From an uncultured cyanobacterium (GTDB taxonomy: Bacteria > Cyanobacteriota > Vampirovibrionia > Vampirovibrionales > JAGQHJ01): 64,000 bases of DNA. The notes beneath the pieces were generated by a model. That model did no database searches. It saw only the letters and a program-made list of their open reading frames with translations, and was not told the DNA's origin. Each line of letters opens with the position of its first letter. The first letter of the stretch is position 1. Positions 50,880 through 59,920 of the stretch are shown here, piece after piece. Where the stretch lies: assembly GCA_937922745.1 (NCBI GenBank), contig CALAJO010000035.1, forward strand, positions 410 to 64,409, written 5' to 3'. Both the position numbers and the translations under genes were made by a program.

Positions 50880-52736
50880 ATGAACAGGGTGGTTCGTGGA
50901 TTTGTATTGGCTTCCGGCCTGGCGCTAAGCCTGATGGTTGCCCCGGCTGCGATGGCGGCAACCCTTGAGGAAGCGCAACAGTTGGAGCAGCAAGGCGACT
51001 GGCAGCAGGCCAAGACGGTGTACGCAGAGCTGCACCAGCAAGACCCACAGGATGTTCAGGTACTCCTTAACCTGGCGCGCCTGACCGCTTGGAGCAAGGA
51101 TTACGACGGCGCCTACGCGCTCTATCAGCAGGCTTTAAACCACGCGCAAAACGACTTTGACAAGCTGGAAGCGGAACTGGGCAAAGGGCAGGCCTTAAGC
51201 TGGGGCGGGAAAAACCCGGCCGCCATAGGCCAATACCAGGCCACGCTAAAGGCCTACCCGGACAACCCGGAAGTGCTGTTTCGCCTGGCCCAGACCGAGG
51301 CTTGGACATCCCGCGTACCGCAGGCGCGGGCGCATTACCAGGCCGTGCTGGCGCAAAACCCGGATCATCTGGGGGCCAAGCTGGGCCTGGCAGAGCTGGA
51401 TGCATGGCAAGGGCATTACCAGAGGGCCATTAACGAATACGACGACCTGTTGACTGAATTTCCAGATAACCCGGAGGTGTGGGTGGGGCTGGGCCGGGCG
51501 CAGGGTTGGCGGGGCGACCTGCTGAAAGCCAAGGATACGCTGACAAAAGCAAGGCAACGGTTCCCGGGGAACGATGCCGTTTTAACCGCTTACTTCCAAG
51601 CCACCCAGGCCCTAGGCAAGCCGGACATGTCGGTGTTTCAATCCGGCAAGGCGGATGGATTCCAGCAGCTTGAACAAGCCCGGCAGCAACAGGCGCAGTT
51701 GCAACGGCCTGCCGTGCAAAGCGTGTACACCGGCCATACCGAAGCCGGCACGGTGGACGAGAAACTCAAATTCAACCGTGTGAGCAACCAGGTAACGCTT
51801 TATCTCAGCGCGGATACGGCACTGAACCTGACTTACGAACCTACATTCTACGAAAGCGGCGGTGACATCGAATCCGAAACCCGCAACCTGTTTGGCGCAG
51901 GCTTTACCCGCCAGTGGACGGATCGGCTCCGCACCTCGGTTTGGGCCGGTGTTGCCGATTACAGCAACGGCGGCGGGAATCCGCTGTTTACCAATATCAG
52001 CCTGGCCCTTCGCCCTAACGATGCCTGGCAGCCCACGCTGCGGTTCGATCGCTACGGGGTGGAAGAGTCCGTGCTGTCCGCTAGCGGGCTGCGTCCGGTG
52101 GTCGGCGTCTTTGCCAATCAGTTGGTCGGCCGGGTCATTCGCAACGAGTGGACGCTGCAAAACGTGTTTCGGCTGCCGCACCAATGGGTGGCGCAGCTCA
52201 ACACCGCCATCGGGTTTGATAACGGCGAGCAGATTGAGGATAACAGTTTTTACAAAGTGGAGTATCAGTTGGGCCGCAGCTTCCTCCAGCGACTGACGCC
52301 AACCGGCAGCAGCCGCTGGTACGGCAACCTGGAGGGCAAATACTGGCACTTCGAGGATGATCGTTTAAACAATGGCGGTGCCTTCCTGGTGGTTAAGCCT
52401 TTTGGCCTGCCCTTGGGCATCGATGGCGTCTCCCCCATTCCTTCCGCAACCAACCCCGGCACCGGCGGTTACTTCAGCCCGGATCATTACTGGTTTAACG
52501 CCTTGCGGCTGGGCAATCGCGGGCAAGTCTGGAACCAGCGACTGACTTACGACCTCAGCGCCTTCCTTGGCTACCAGGATATCAGCCGGTTGGGCGGCAG
52601 TTTCGCCCGAGGGGTGCAACTGCTGGGTGAGCTGCTTGTTACGCCCACTGTCAGCACCCTGTTCGGGGTTAATTACAACAACGCCCAACAGTTCGAGCAG
52701 GTGACGTTTTACCTCGGGCTACGCAAACGGATCTAG
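50880..52736 (+). CDS. TPR plus beta-barrel outer-membrane protein (BcsC/PgaA-like polysaccharide export)
   Basis: Signal peptide (AMA), TPR repeats with recurring W (LTAWS, LSWGG, EAWT, DAWQG), C-terminal amphipathic strands; adjacent to a GT2 synthase. Confidence 0.75.
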   Translation: MNRVVRGFVLASGLALSLMVAPAAMAATLEEAQQLEQQGDWQQAKTVYAELHQQDPQDVQVLLNLARLTAWSKDYDGAYALYQQALNHAQNDFDKLEAELGKGQALSWGGKNPAAIGQYQATLKAYPDNPEVLFRLAQTEAWTSRVPQARAHYQAVLAQNPDHLGAKLGLAELDAWQGHYQRAINEYDDLLTEFPDNPEVWVGLGRAQGWRGDLLKAKDTLTKARQRFPGNDAVLTAYFQATQALGKPDMSVFQSGKADGFQQLEQARQQQAQLQRPAVQSVYTGHTEAGTVDEKLKFNRVSNQVTLYLSADTALNLTYEPTFYESGGDIESETRNLFGAGFTRQWTDRLRTSVWAGVADYSNGGGNPLFTNISLALRPNDAWQPTLRFDRYGVEESVLSASGLRPVVGVFANQLVGRVIRNEWTLQNVFRLPHQWVAQLNTAIGFDNGEQIEDNSFYKVEYQLGRSFLQRLTPTGSSRWYGNLEGKYWHFEDDRLNNGGAFLVVKPFGLPLGIDGVSPIPSATNPGTGGYFSPDHYWFNALRLGNRGQVWNQRLTYDLSAFLGYQDISRLGGSFARGVQLLGELLVTPTVSTLFGVNYNNAQQFEQVTFYLGLRKRI

Positions 52737-52916
52737 AACCGGCCTGAGCGGCGTACACCAAAGGATTGGTTTTTTGGCAAAGGCCTGTTTTAAGCGGCGC
52801 TTTTCTGAAAAAAGTGCTTAAATATAAAGTAGTCCTATTTATCAGAGTGGAAACAAGTGTTACGTAAACGGCGCGGCACCCTGCACTGGGGTTTCTGCGG
52901 TGAGGTTGGCTGGTGA

Positions 52917-54518
52917 ATGTCTAGACTGGAGAGGTTGTTCATCACCTTGGTTTGTTTAATGGGGGTATTTGCCATGCTGCACTTCCTGCTCTGGTGGTTC
53001 CAGCCGCAACATGTGTCCCAGCCGGTGCTGTATGCCTTGCTAAGTTTTACATTCGTGTTTATCATGGCGCGAATTGCGGGCTATTGGTGGGTTTTCGTCC
53101 ATATCCAACCCTATCAGGCAGTTGAACCGCCACCGGGCCTTACCGTGGACGCCATGACAACCGCCGCGCCCGGCGAGCCCATTGAGATGACACAGACCAG
53201 CCTGCTGGCCTTGAAGGCCATGACCTACCCGCACGAAACCTACCTGCTAGACGATTCCAACAACCGCCTGCTGAAAGACTTCTGTGAAGCCAACGGCATC
53301 CACTACCTTACCCGCCCCGACCGGGTTGACGCCAAGTGCGGTAACGTGAATTACGGCTTACGCAACAGCGCCGGGGACTTTGTCCTTATCATCGACCCGG
53401 ACCACGTGGTGCAGCCGGATTACCTGGATCATGTGCTGGGGCACTTCAACAACCCCAAGGTGGGCTTCGTTCAGACGGCGCAGGCCTATTACAACCAGCC
53501 TCGCAGCTTTGTGGCCAAGGGCGGCGCGGAGCAGACCTACATGTTCTACGGGCCCACGATGCGGGGCTTAAACGGCCTGAACGCCAACCCGGTTATCGGT
53601 ACCAATTGCACATTCCGCCGCGCCGCATTGGATTCGATCGGCCTCTACAAGCCCGGCTTGGCAGAGGACTTGCACACCTCCATGGCGTTGCATTCCTTGG
53701 GTTGGGAATCCGCCTACGTGCCCAAAATCCTGGCGAGGGGCCTCACGCCGGAAGACCTGCCCTCCTTCTGCCATCAGCAACTCAAGTGGTCACGCGGTGT
53801 GCTGGAGTTGCTGGTTAACGCCTTCCCCAAATACCAGGCCGGTATGGGCTTGCGTCAGCGTTTGGCGTACCTGTTGTCCATGTCCTACTATTTCGAGTCC
53901 ATTGTCCTGCTGATCAACCTGGTCCTGCCGCTCATCTGCATCTGGATGGGTGTGCTGCCCGCCGATATGTCCGCGCGGGATTTCCTGTTTCATTTGGCGC
54001 CATGGCTGGCGGTTTCCGGGTTCTTCTTCGTTTACGTCCAGCGTTGGCTTTGCGCGCCGGAGGAACGCGGCAGCATGTGGCGAGGCATGGTACTTTACTT
54101 CATCACGGTGCCGTTCCACCTGCTCGGCATCCTGTATGCTATCGTCGGCCGAACCATTCCCTACCTACCCACGGCGAAGGTGTCCTCCAACTCGGTTCCG
54201 GTTTCCCTTTTGGCGCCGCAGCTCCTCATCCTGGCCCTCTCCGCAATGGGTGGGTGTTACGTGTATTTCGCCCAGCAAGATGCCATGCTCAACGGGATGG
54301 GCTTCTTCTCCTTGTGGAACGCCGCCGTGCTGCTGACCGGCATCGTGTGCTGCGTCCCGATGCATCCCCATTATTTTTCGCGCCACAAGCTCTTTGTTCG
54401 GGTTTGCAACCAGGCTGCCATTGAGGCCTTCCGCGTTTACCGGGCCATACATCACAAGCCCGCGCTGGTCAAACTCATCCTGGTTGCGGCTTACCTACGC
54501 AAGTTTACGCTGAACTAA
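52917..54518 (+). CDS. Cellulose-synthase-like processive GT2 glycosyltransferase
   Basis: LLDD, AKCGNVN, DPDH, FVQTAQ, AED, QQLKWSRG; multiple TM helices; no PilZ motif seen. Confidence 0.92.
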   Translation: MSRLERLFITLVCLMGVFAMLHFLLWWFQPQHVSQPVLYALLSFTFVFIMARIAGYWWVFVHIQPYQAVEPPPGLTVDAMTTAAPGEPIEMTQTSLLALKAMTYPHETYLLDDSNNRLLKDFCEANGIHYLTRPDRVDAKCGNVNYGLRNSAGDFVLIIDPDHVVQPDYLDHVLGHFNNPKVGFVQTAQAYYNQPRSFVAKGGAEQTYMFYGPTMRGLNGLNANPVIGTNCTFRRAALDSIGLYKPGLAEDLHTSMALHSLGWESAYVPKILARGLTPEDLPSFCHQQLKWSRGVLELLVNAFPKYQAGMGLRQRLAYLLSMSYYFESIVLLINLVLPLICIWMGVLPADMSARDFLFHLAPWLAVSGFFFVYVQRWLCAPEERGSMWRGMVLYFITVPFHLLGILYAIVGRTIPYLPTAKVSSNSVPVSLLAPQLLILALSAMGGCYVYFAQQDAMLNGMGFFSLWNAAVLLTGIVCCVPMHPHYFSRHKLFVRVCNQAAIEAFRVYRAIHHKPALVKLILVAAYLRKFTLN

Positions 54519-55072
54519 CCCTGGGCAATCGCCACGGGCCGAGGCTGGAGTAAAGCATCCACCATCTGGGCTTCCTGTACTAAATACCGGCGATATGCCT
54601 GCAAGGCTTGTTTGATAACCGGGCGCGGCCCCAGGGTATTTGTATGAACAACATCCTTTTGGAAAATCCCTTCAGGCAGCCCATCTGGGGATGATTGGGC
54701 CTTTTGAACCAACCTGGCCAGCAGGCGGCTTAATAGCAGTCCCCATTCGGTCGGCTGAAGATCCAATTGCGATGCGGTCACTCGTTCCAAGCGCTCAGGC
54801 AGTGGCTTGTGGAGTAGGAGTTGTGCCCGAGTCGCTAGTACCTGCAAAGCCTTATCAATATGCCCCATAGTCATTAACTGCTGTTGCGCCATGGCCAGTG
54901 TACCATTTGCCGCCTTAACGGTATCCACCGCTTTAGCGCTAACGCCAGCGCCATTAATAGCACGGATGTCTTGATCCACTGAATCCAGTATGTCGCTGCA
55001 TGTCGGGGGAACATCACGCGCGGGGGCCTGCGCTTTGGTTGCTGAAAAACGAACGGCTGATAAGGGCATCAT
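54515..55072 (-). CDS. Orphan paralog 3 of tandem family (intact)
   Basis: Shares ALQVLATRAQ, LARLVQKAQ, PRPVIKQALQAY with its two neighbours; VRFSA leader; alternative start at 55105. Confidence 0.8.
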   Translation of the reverse strand: MMPLSAVRFSATKAQAPARDVPPTCSDILDSVDQDIRAINGAGVSAKAVDTVKAANGTLAMAQQQLMTMGHIDKALQVLATRAQLLLHKPLPERLERVTASQLDLQPTEWGLLLSRLLARLVQKAQSSPDGLPEGIFQKDVVHTNTLGPRPVIKQALQAYRRYLVQEAQMVDALLQPRPVAIAQG

Positions 55073-55154
55073 CGAAGCGACCTCTGTTATGGTGCATGGG
55101 AACATCCCTCATTAAAAAACAAGGGGCACTCCAAAATTGCTTGATGGAAACGTA

Positions 55155-55701
55155 TTATGAAGTGCGTCCTGCCAGCGCTGCGTCCACCCTTCTGGCTTCG
55201 GACTCCAGCTGTTTCTTATATGCGCCAAGCGCCTCTGCAATAACAGGAAGGGGCCTTGGGGGTTCGTTTTGCGATTGGTGAACCAGATGCCGGGGTGGAA
55301 TGTCGTAACCTATTGGCATGGGAAACTGTTGTGCTTTTTGCACCAGTCTCAGGAGCATGCCTGCCAGGAACCAGCCTTGGGCTTTTGGTTCAAAACCTTG
55401 GGTTCTCAACTGTTGTTTGCGTGTGGCTCGCTACCATGGGCCTTTGTATCAGGTGCTGGGCACGTAGCGCCAAGACTGTCATGGCCTGGTCTGGGCGTCC
55501 TTCTCTCATAAACTCTTCTTGAACCATGGCCATGCCGGTATCGGCGTTTTGCAGGGCAGAGGGATAAGGAACTATCCCATCATTATTGATAACATTCAGA
55601 TAGGGCTGAATTCTTTCTTGGGCGGTTTGGTTATGCCGCTGGGAAGCGAAGCGGGGCAGTGAGGGCTTTGTCGTCATCAAGCGCAGGGAGGGAATGGACA
55701 T
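55155..55701 (-). pseudogene. Orphan paralog 2 of tandem family, +1 frameshift
   Basis: ORFs 55390-55701 and 55155-55409 join if one base is removed near the run at 55392-95 (ENPRF|EPKAQGWFL, compare APVFQPRNQGWFL in paralog 1). Confidence 0.8.
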
Positions 55702-55777
55702 AAAAGTAAATCCTTATAAATATGAATAGCACATGCCTTTAAAACAAAAGGCGCTTAAAAATTGCCTGATGGGCGCA

Positions 55778-56318
55778 TTATCTATATTGTCCTGCCAGCG
55801 TAGCAACCACCCTTTTAAGTTCAGTTTCCAATCCATTTCTATATGCTTCAAGGGCTTCTGCGATAATCGGCAGGGGTGTTGGAAGTTTTTCTGGCCCTTG
55901 ATGAACCAGGTACTCAGGTGGAATATTATTTGGGGTTGAGTCTCCTTGCTGGGCTATGTTAACCAGGCGCGTGAGTACGCTGGCCAGGAACCACCCCTGG
56001 TTCCTGGGTTGAAACACTGGCGCGTCTTCGGTCTGCGAGTAACGGGTACCATGTATTAATGGCTTTTCCGCCAGACACTGGGCACGTCGCGCTAAAACTT
56101 CCAGAGCCTCCTTAATTTTCCCGAGTCTCATAGTCGCTGCTTGAATCCTGGCCATTTTAGCATCGGCCTGCTGCATGGGCCTTTGGCTCAATAACTACTC
56201 TGTCATGGGTGACCTGAAACAGATAGGGCTCAATTAATTCCAAGGCGGTTTCCTGCCTGGAAGCGAAACGGGGTAGCGGTGGCTTTGTCGTCATTAAGCG
56301 AAGGGATGGAATGGGCAT
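55778..56318 (-). pseudogene. Orphan paralog 1 of tandem family, +1 frameshift
   Basis: ATG 56318 gives MPIPSLRLMTTKPPLPRFAS...IEPKA then a stop at 56157; removing one base near 56177-79 continues into MQQADAKMARIQ..., collinear with paralog 2. Confidence 0.8.
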
Positions 56319-56415
56319 AAGGGTGGATATCCTCTTGTTGAATACTACCTGCCTTAAAACAAAAGGCGCTTAAAAATTGCCTGGATACAAAACGCCCGAT
56401 TCCTGCTGATACTCG

Positions 56416-57123
56416 CTAGATATCCTGTAAAAGTGGGGAAACATCCTTTTCCAGCTTTGAATTTTCCACTGAGGTTAATGCCGGGTCCATGGTAATGACG
56501 CGGAGGAGGGTTTCCCTGTATTGTTTGCTGGGTTCATCGCAAAGCACAAAGAAATAATCGGCCAGGTTTTCCGGGGTTGCCGGCGCATAGCCTTTCTCTA
56601 TCAATTCCTGGATGACCGGATAATCTTCCATTCGGCGGGGTGAGCGGCTTTTAAATACCCACTGCCCGTGATGGAGCCAGGGTTTCTCAATATGGCCATC
56701 CGGGCGCACAAACTGCCCAACCGTCAGGTCCACCAGATAAGGTTTGCCTTCCACGGTGATTAAATTGAAATAATGGGGGATTTGTTTTGGATACGCCAGG
56801 GCTTGGGCGCCCACGGTCAGCGGCAGCTTGCTGTGGGCATCGGAGGTATGCAGAAGACGGCTGGACAGGTATCGCCTTTGTGCCAGAAGCTGGACGATAT
56901 GGCTGGATTCAATACAGGCAATCAGTCGATTCCCGGCGCTTCTCTCGGCAGGTTTGCCCTCTTGCCGAAGGTGCCTGCTGAGGGCTGTATCCGCATCCGC
57001 AACCAGCTGCACCAGCGCCGCAGGCGCAGGTACGCTCCCGAATCGGGTTTGACACGTTCTGGAGGCAGGCATTTGGCCATAGCGGGTGCGATAAGATGTG
57101 AACGGTGCGGAATTGAGTTTCAC
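56416..57123 (-). CDS. Orphan with putative Cys-His-Asp (papain/transglutaminase-like) triad and TRFGS leader
   Basis: ACIESS ... HYFNLI..EGKPYLVDLTVGQF. Confidence 0.7.
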   Translation of the reverse strand: MKLNSAPFTSYRTRYGQMPASRTCQTRFGSVPAPAALVQLVADADTALSRHLRQEGKPAERSAGNRLIACIESSHIVQLLAQRRYLSSRLLHTSDAHSKLPLTVGAQALAYPKQIPHYFNLITVEGKPYLVDLTVGQFVRPDGHIEKPWLHHGQWVFKSRSPRRMEDYPVIQELIEKGYAPATPENLADYFFVLCDEPSKQYRETLLRVITMDPALTSVENSKLEKDVSPLLQDI

Positions 57124-57220
57124 TTTTCCATACCCTGCTGCGTAGCAGGATAAAACCCAATGAATGCCGTTTGTTGACTCAAACCGGTTTTACAGCGTAG
57201 TAGGGTTTTTTCCGGAAGCG

Positions 57221-58735
57221 TTACCCTTCAATTTTATCCAGGTTTTTAACAGGTGGGCCGTCAATCACATGCCCGGTGGCATCGTAGCGACCGCCGTGGC
57301 AAGGGCAATCCCAGCTTTTTTCGGCATTGTTCCAGTTGACGTGGCAACCCATATGCGTGCAAACTGGCGACATCAGGTGGACTTTACCGGACTCGTCCTT
57401 GTAGGCGGCCACCTTCTTGCCCTCTTTCATCAGGATGCAGCCTTTGCCTGCGGGAATCTCGGCCTCGGTTTGCGCCTCGGAGGGTTTGAGCCGGTCGCCG
57501 ACAAAATGGGCAACCGTTCCCACGTTTTCCGAGATGAACCCGGCAGCCGACGCCAGCGGCTTGACGCGATCCGGCCGGTAAACAGCGGCCCAGGCATTAT
57601 CCACACCCAAGATGGCGTCCGCAATAATCTTGCCTGCATAGGTGCCCCCTGTCAGGCCTTCGCCGGTAAAGCCCGTGGCGATATACACGTTGGGCGCGGC
57701 CTGGGTAGGCCCGATATAGGGCAACCCGTCCACGGGGTCGTAAAGCTGGGCTGACCAGTGATAGTCAATCGACCGGACATCGTAATGGCGATGCGCATAT
57801 TCTTCCAGCCCCTTAAAGCAGGTGGCCGTATCTTCCTTCTCGCCGGTCTTGTGGTCTTCCCCCCCAATAATTAGGAGCGGGCCGTTTTCATCTTCTGTCA
57901 GGCGCATGTAGTGGTACGGTTCATCCATATCCCAGTACAAACCGTCCGCAATAATATCGTTCACCCGCACACCGATGATATAGGAGCGGATGGGCTCCAG
58001 ACGCGTCTGGATACTGGGCCATAACCCGATGGGCGTATGAGTCCCCAGCACCACCTTGTTTGCTGTAATGGTCCCGCTGCGTGTTTTAACCACGCATTGC
58101 TCCCCCTGGTCAATGCCTACCACATGCGTATTTTCGAAGAGAAGCTCGTCTTGTGCCGCGACCGCTTGCGCCAACCCCTGCACGTATTTCAGCGGATGAA
58201 AACGCGCCTGTTCCGGCAGCAGAATGGCTTTATGGGTATTAAACGGCAGCGGCGCATGGTCAATCAATTCGCAGGGCACATTGGCTTGCTGGGTGGCATT
58301 AAACTCCTTTTCCAGCGCCTTGACCTGGTCGGGTTGCTCTGCATAAAGGAAGCCGGGGATGCGTTTGAACTCGCAATCCATGCCATATTGCCGGATGTTG
58401 GCCTCGATCATGTTGATTGCGTCCACCTGGCATTGCCCGACCAACTGCGTCTTTTCCGTCCCAAAATCGTGGTGGATGCTGGAGTATTTCATATCCAGCA
58501 ACATGGAGGTTAAGTGCCCGCTATTAAAACCGGAAACCCCGTAACCCACATGGTTTGCTTCAACAATGGCGACTTTCAGGCCCCTGTTCATAAGATATGA
58601 CGCTGTGCTTAAGCCGGTAATCCCCGCCCCAACAATGGCAACATCCACGGTGATGTTTTCCTTGAGCTGTGGAAACGTCGTCTCTTTGGCCTTGTGTGTC
58701 CAAATCGATTCCGAGCGGTGGGTGACGACCGACAT
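57221..58735 (-). CDS. FAD-dependent oxidoreductase with C-terminal Rieske domain (YhfW-like)
   Basis: VAIVGAGITG; CTHMGC...WDCPCHG. Confidence 0.95.
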   Translation of the reverse strand: MSVVTHRSESIWTHKAKETTFPQLKENITVDVAIVGAGITGLSTASYLMNRGLKVAIVEANHVGYGVSGFNSGHLTSMLLDMKYSSIHHDFGTEKTQLVGQCQVDAINMIEANIRQYGMDCEFKRIPGFLYAEQPDQVKALEKEFNATQQANVPCELIDHAPLPFNTHKAILLPEQARFHPLKYVQGLAQAVAAQDELLFENTHVVGIDQGEQCVVKTRSGTITANKVVLGTHTPIGLWPSIQTRLEPIRSYIIGVRVNDIIADGLYWDMDEPYHYMRLTEDENGPLLIIGGEDHKTGEKEDTATCFKGLEEYAHRHYDVRSIDYHWSAQLYDPVDGLPYIGPTQAAPNVYIATGFTGEGLTGGTYAGKIIADAILGVDNAWAAVYRPDRVKPLASAAGFISENVGTVAHFVGDRLKPSEAQTEAEIPAGKGCILMKEGKKVAAYKDESGKVHLMSPVCTHMGCHVNWNNAEKSWDCPCHGGRYDATGHVIDGPPVKNLDKIEG

Positions 58736-58989
58736 CTTGAAATCCTCCTGCGCATTGATACCGTGTATATGCCACAGTAGCGGATCTCATCCGTATCCGG
58801 TACGCCAAAATGAGCAATCTTTTTAAAAGCCCTTTCTCTTTTGAGCAGAAAGATTGCTTTTGGATGGACTAACTACCACATATGTAACATTTTGTTAAAA
58901 CTTACGCACTGTCACGCATTTTTTACCCTTGAGGGTGCTTTATGTAGGAGCAAGGTGAAATACATAATGCATAAGACATTATAATCCTT

Positions 58990-59053
58990 GCATACTGCCT
59001 CTCTCTATCCGTTATCTCTTGCTACTTCCCCCCCTCAGCAAGAGATTTTTTTT
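58990..59053 (+). ncRNA. Candidate CU-rich small RNA
   Basis: TATAAT at 58980; pyrimidine-rich body; 10-bp stem atctcttgct/agcaagagat with a C7-containing loop and T-run; no + strand gene upstream. Confidence 0.45.
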
Positions 59054-59261
59054 GCGTATTTTTAGGTCCACTTATTTCAATTAATAGTGCAACTACAATT
59101 TGAGACAATTTTTATCTCTATCTTGTATAAGTTCTTGCGGCAATGCGCCTTAACAAAGGCTTGGTTTAAGGTGACTCAAGTATTATGATCACATTAGCCT
59201 GGCTGCAATACCTTCTTTCCCTTCTGATTGGCAGGCGGAAAGCGTTAGTTGGGGGGCGTAC

Positions 59262-59418
59262 AAAAAAGTACCCCCTAACACTAACGGAAAGGAGGTACCT
59301 CATGAATGGATGATAATACTTACCATTTACTGATGGTTGTGGTCATCATTCTAGCCCTACGTGGTTAACAGAGGCTAGGTGATCCGGAGAGGCGTCTGTT
59401 GCAGCAGGCGTCTTTCCA
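59262..59418 (-). ncRNA. Predicted antisense antitoxin RNA (about 155 nt)
   Basis: Minus-strand promoter at 59452-59424 and minus-strand terminator GTACCTCCT/AGGGGGTAC+T6 at 59298-59262 bracket the small ORF and its SD. Confidence 0.7.
59306..59368 (+). CDS. Predicted type I toxin, 20 aa MDDNTYHLLMVVVIILALRG
   Basis: Strong SD AAAGGAGGT (59288-96); hydrophobic core LLMVVVIILAL; anti-SD sequence upstream; downstream hairpin 59386-59417. Confidence 0.72.
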   Translation: MDDNTYHLLMVVVIILALRG

Positions 59419-59423
59419 CTTTC

Positions 59424-59452
59424 AGAATAGCGTATCGCTTGATAGTTATCAA
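59424..59452 (-). promoter_or_regulatory. Sigma-70-type promoter TTGATA-N17-TATTCT
   Basis: Near-consensus hexamers with 17-nt spacing, pointing into the small ORF from its 3' side. Confidence 0.7.
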
Positions 59453-59641
59453 TACAAATACGGTGTATTTTTAACATTTGTTGTATTGTTCGGTTCGTCC
59501 ATTCTAAAAGATACTTGAATCACCCATAAAAACCGTATTGATTGGATCTTCCACTTGGAATCCTTATGAAACTGCCAACCTGGATAAAACTAGGGCGTGC
59601 TGAAATACGGTTAAATAGGATCAACCCCAGGAGGCCATGCC

Positions 59642-59833
59642 ATGGAGAAAGACCAACAACCAAGAACGGAAACGATCTTTACGCAATCCCTGTCCCCCAG
59701 GATTGACCAGGACGCATTGACAGTGGATGGCGATAGCCCGCTTCCCCGGCCGATGACATCGGAGGAGTTGCATAACCCGAAAACGGCCAAGGAAATCCCC
59801 AAGCGGGATATGGATACCGATCTGGGCGCGTAA
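59642..59833 (+). CDS. Small acidic hypothetical protein
   Basis: AGGAGG RBS, 63 aa. Confidence 0.65.
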   Translation: MEKDQQPRTETIFTQSLSPRIDQDALTVDGDSPLPRPMTSEELHNPKTAKEIPKRDMDTDLGA

Positions 59834-59920
59834 ATGCAGCGCTCCGCTTCTTCCAGGGGACGATGTGCAACTTTTTGTAAATAATGCTCAACCGCAAGGG
59901 CGCTTGCCCGATACAGCGGT

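Larger units (their letters stand above)
55114..56385 (-). repeat. Three copies of a roughly 30-nt upstream element of the tandem paralogs
   Basis: ttaaaacaaaaggcgcttaaaaattgcctg at 55739 and 56354 (identical) and a diverged copy at 55112-55143. Confidence 0.85.

Noticed and set aside
55753-55766. GG-N10-GC spacing suggesting a sigma-54 promoter
   Set aside because: The GG and GC are not kept in the third paralog or most other copies of the motif, and the TGGCAC/TTGC context is missing.
55112-56385. Repeated 30-nt element considered as a CRISPR repeat
   Set aside because: Copies are about 620 nt apart and separated by paralogous genes; no cas genes. It is a duplicated upstream region.
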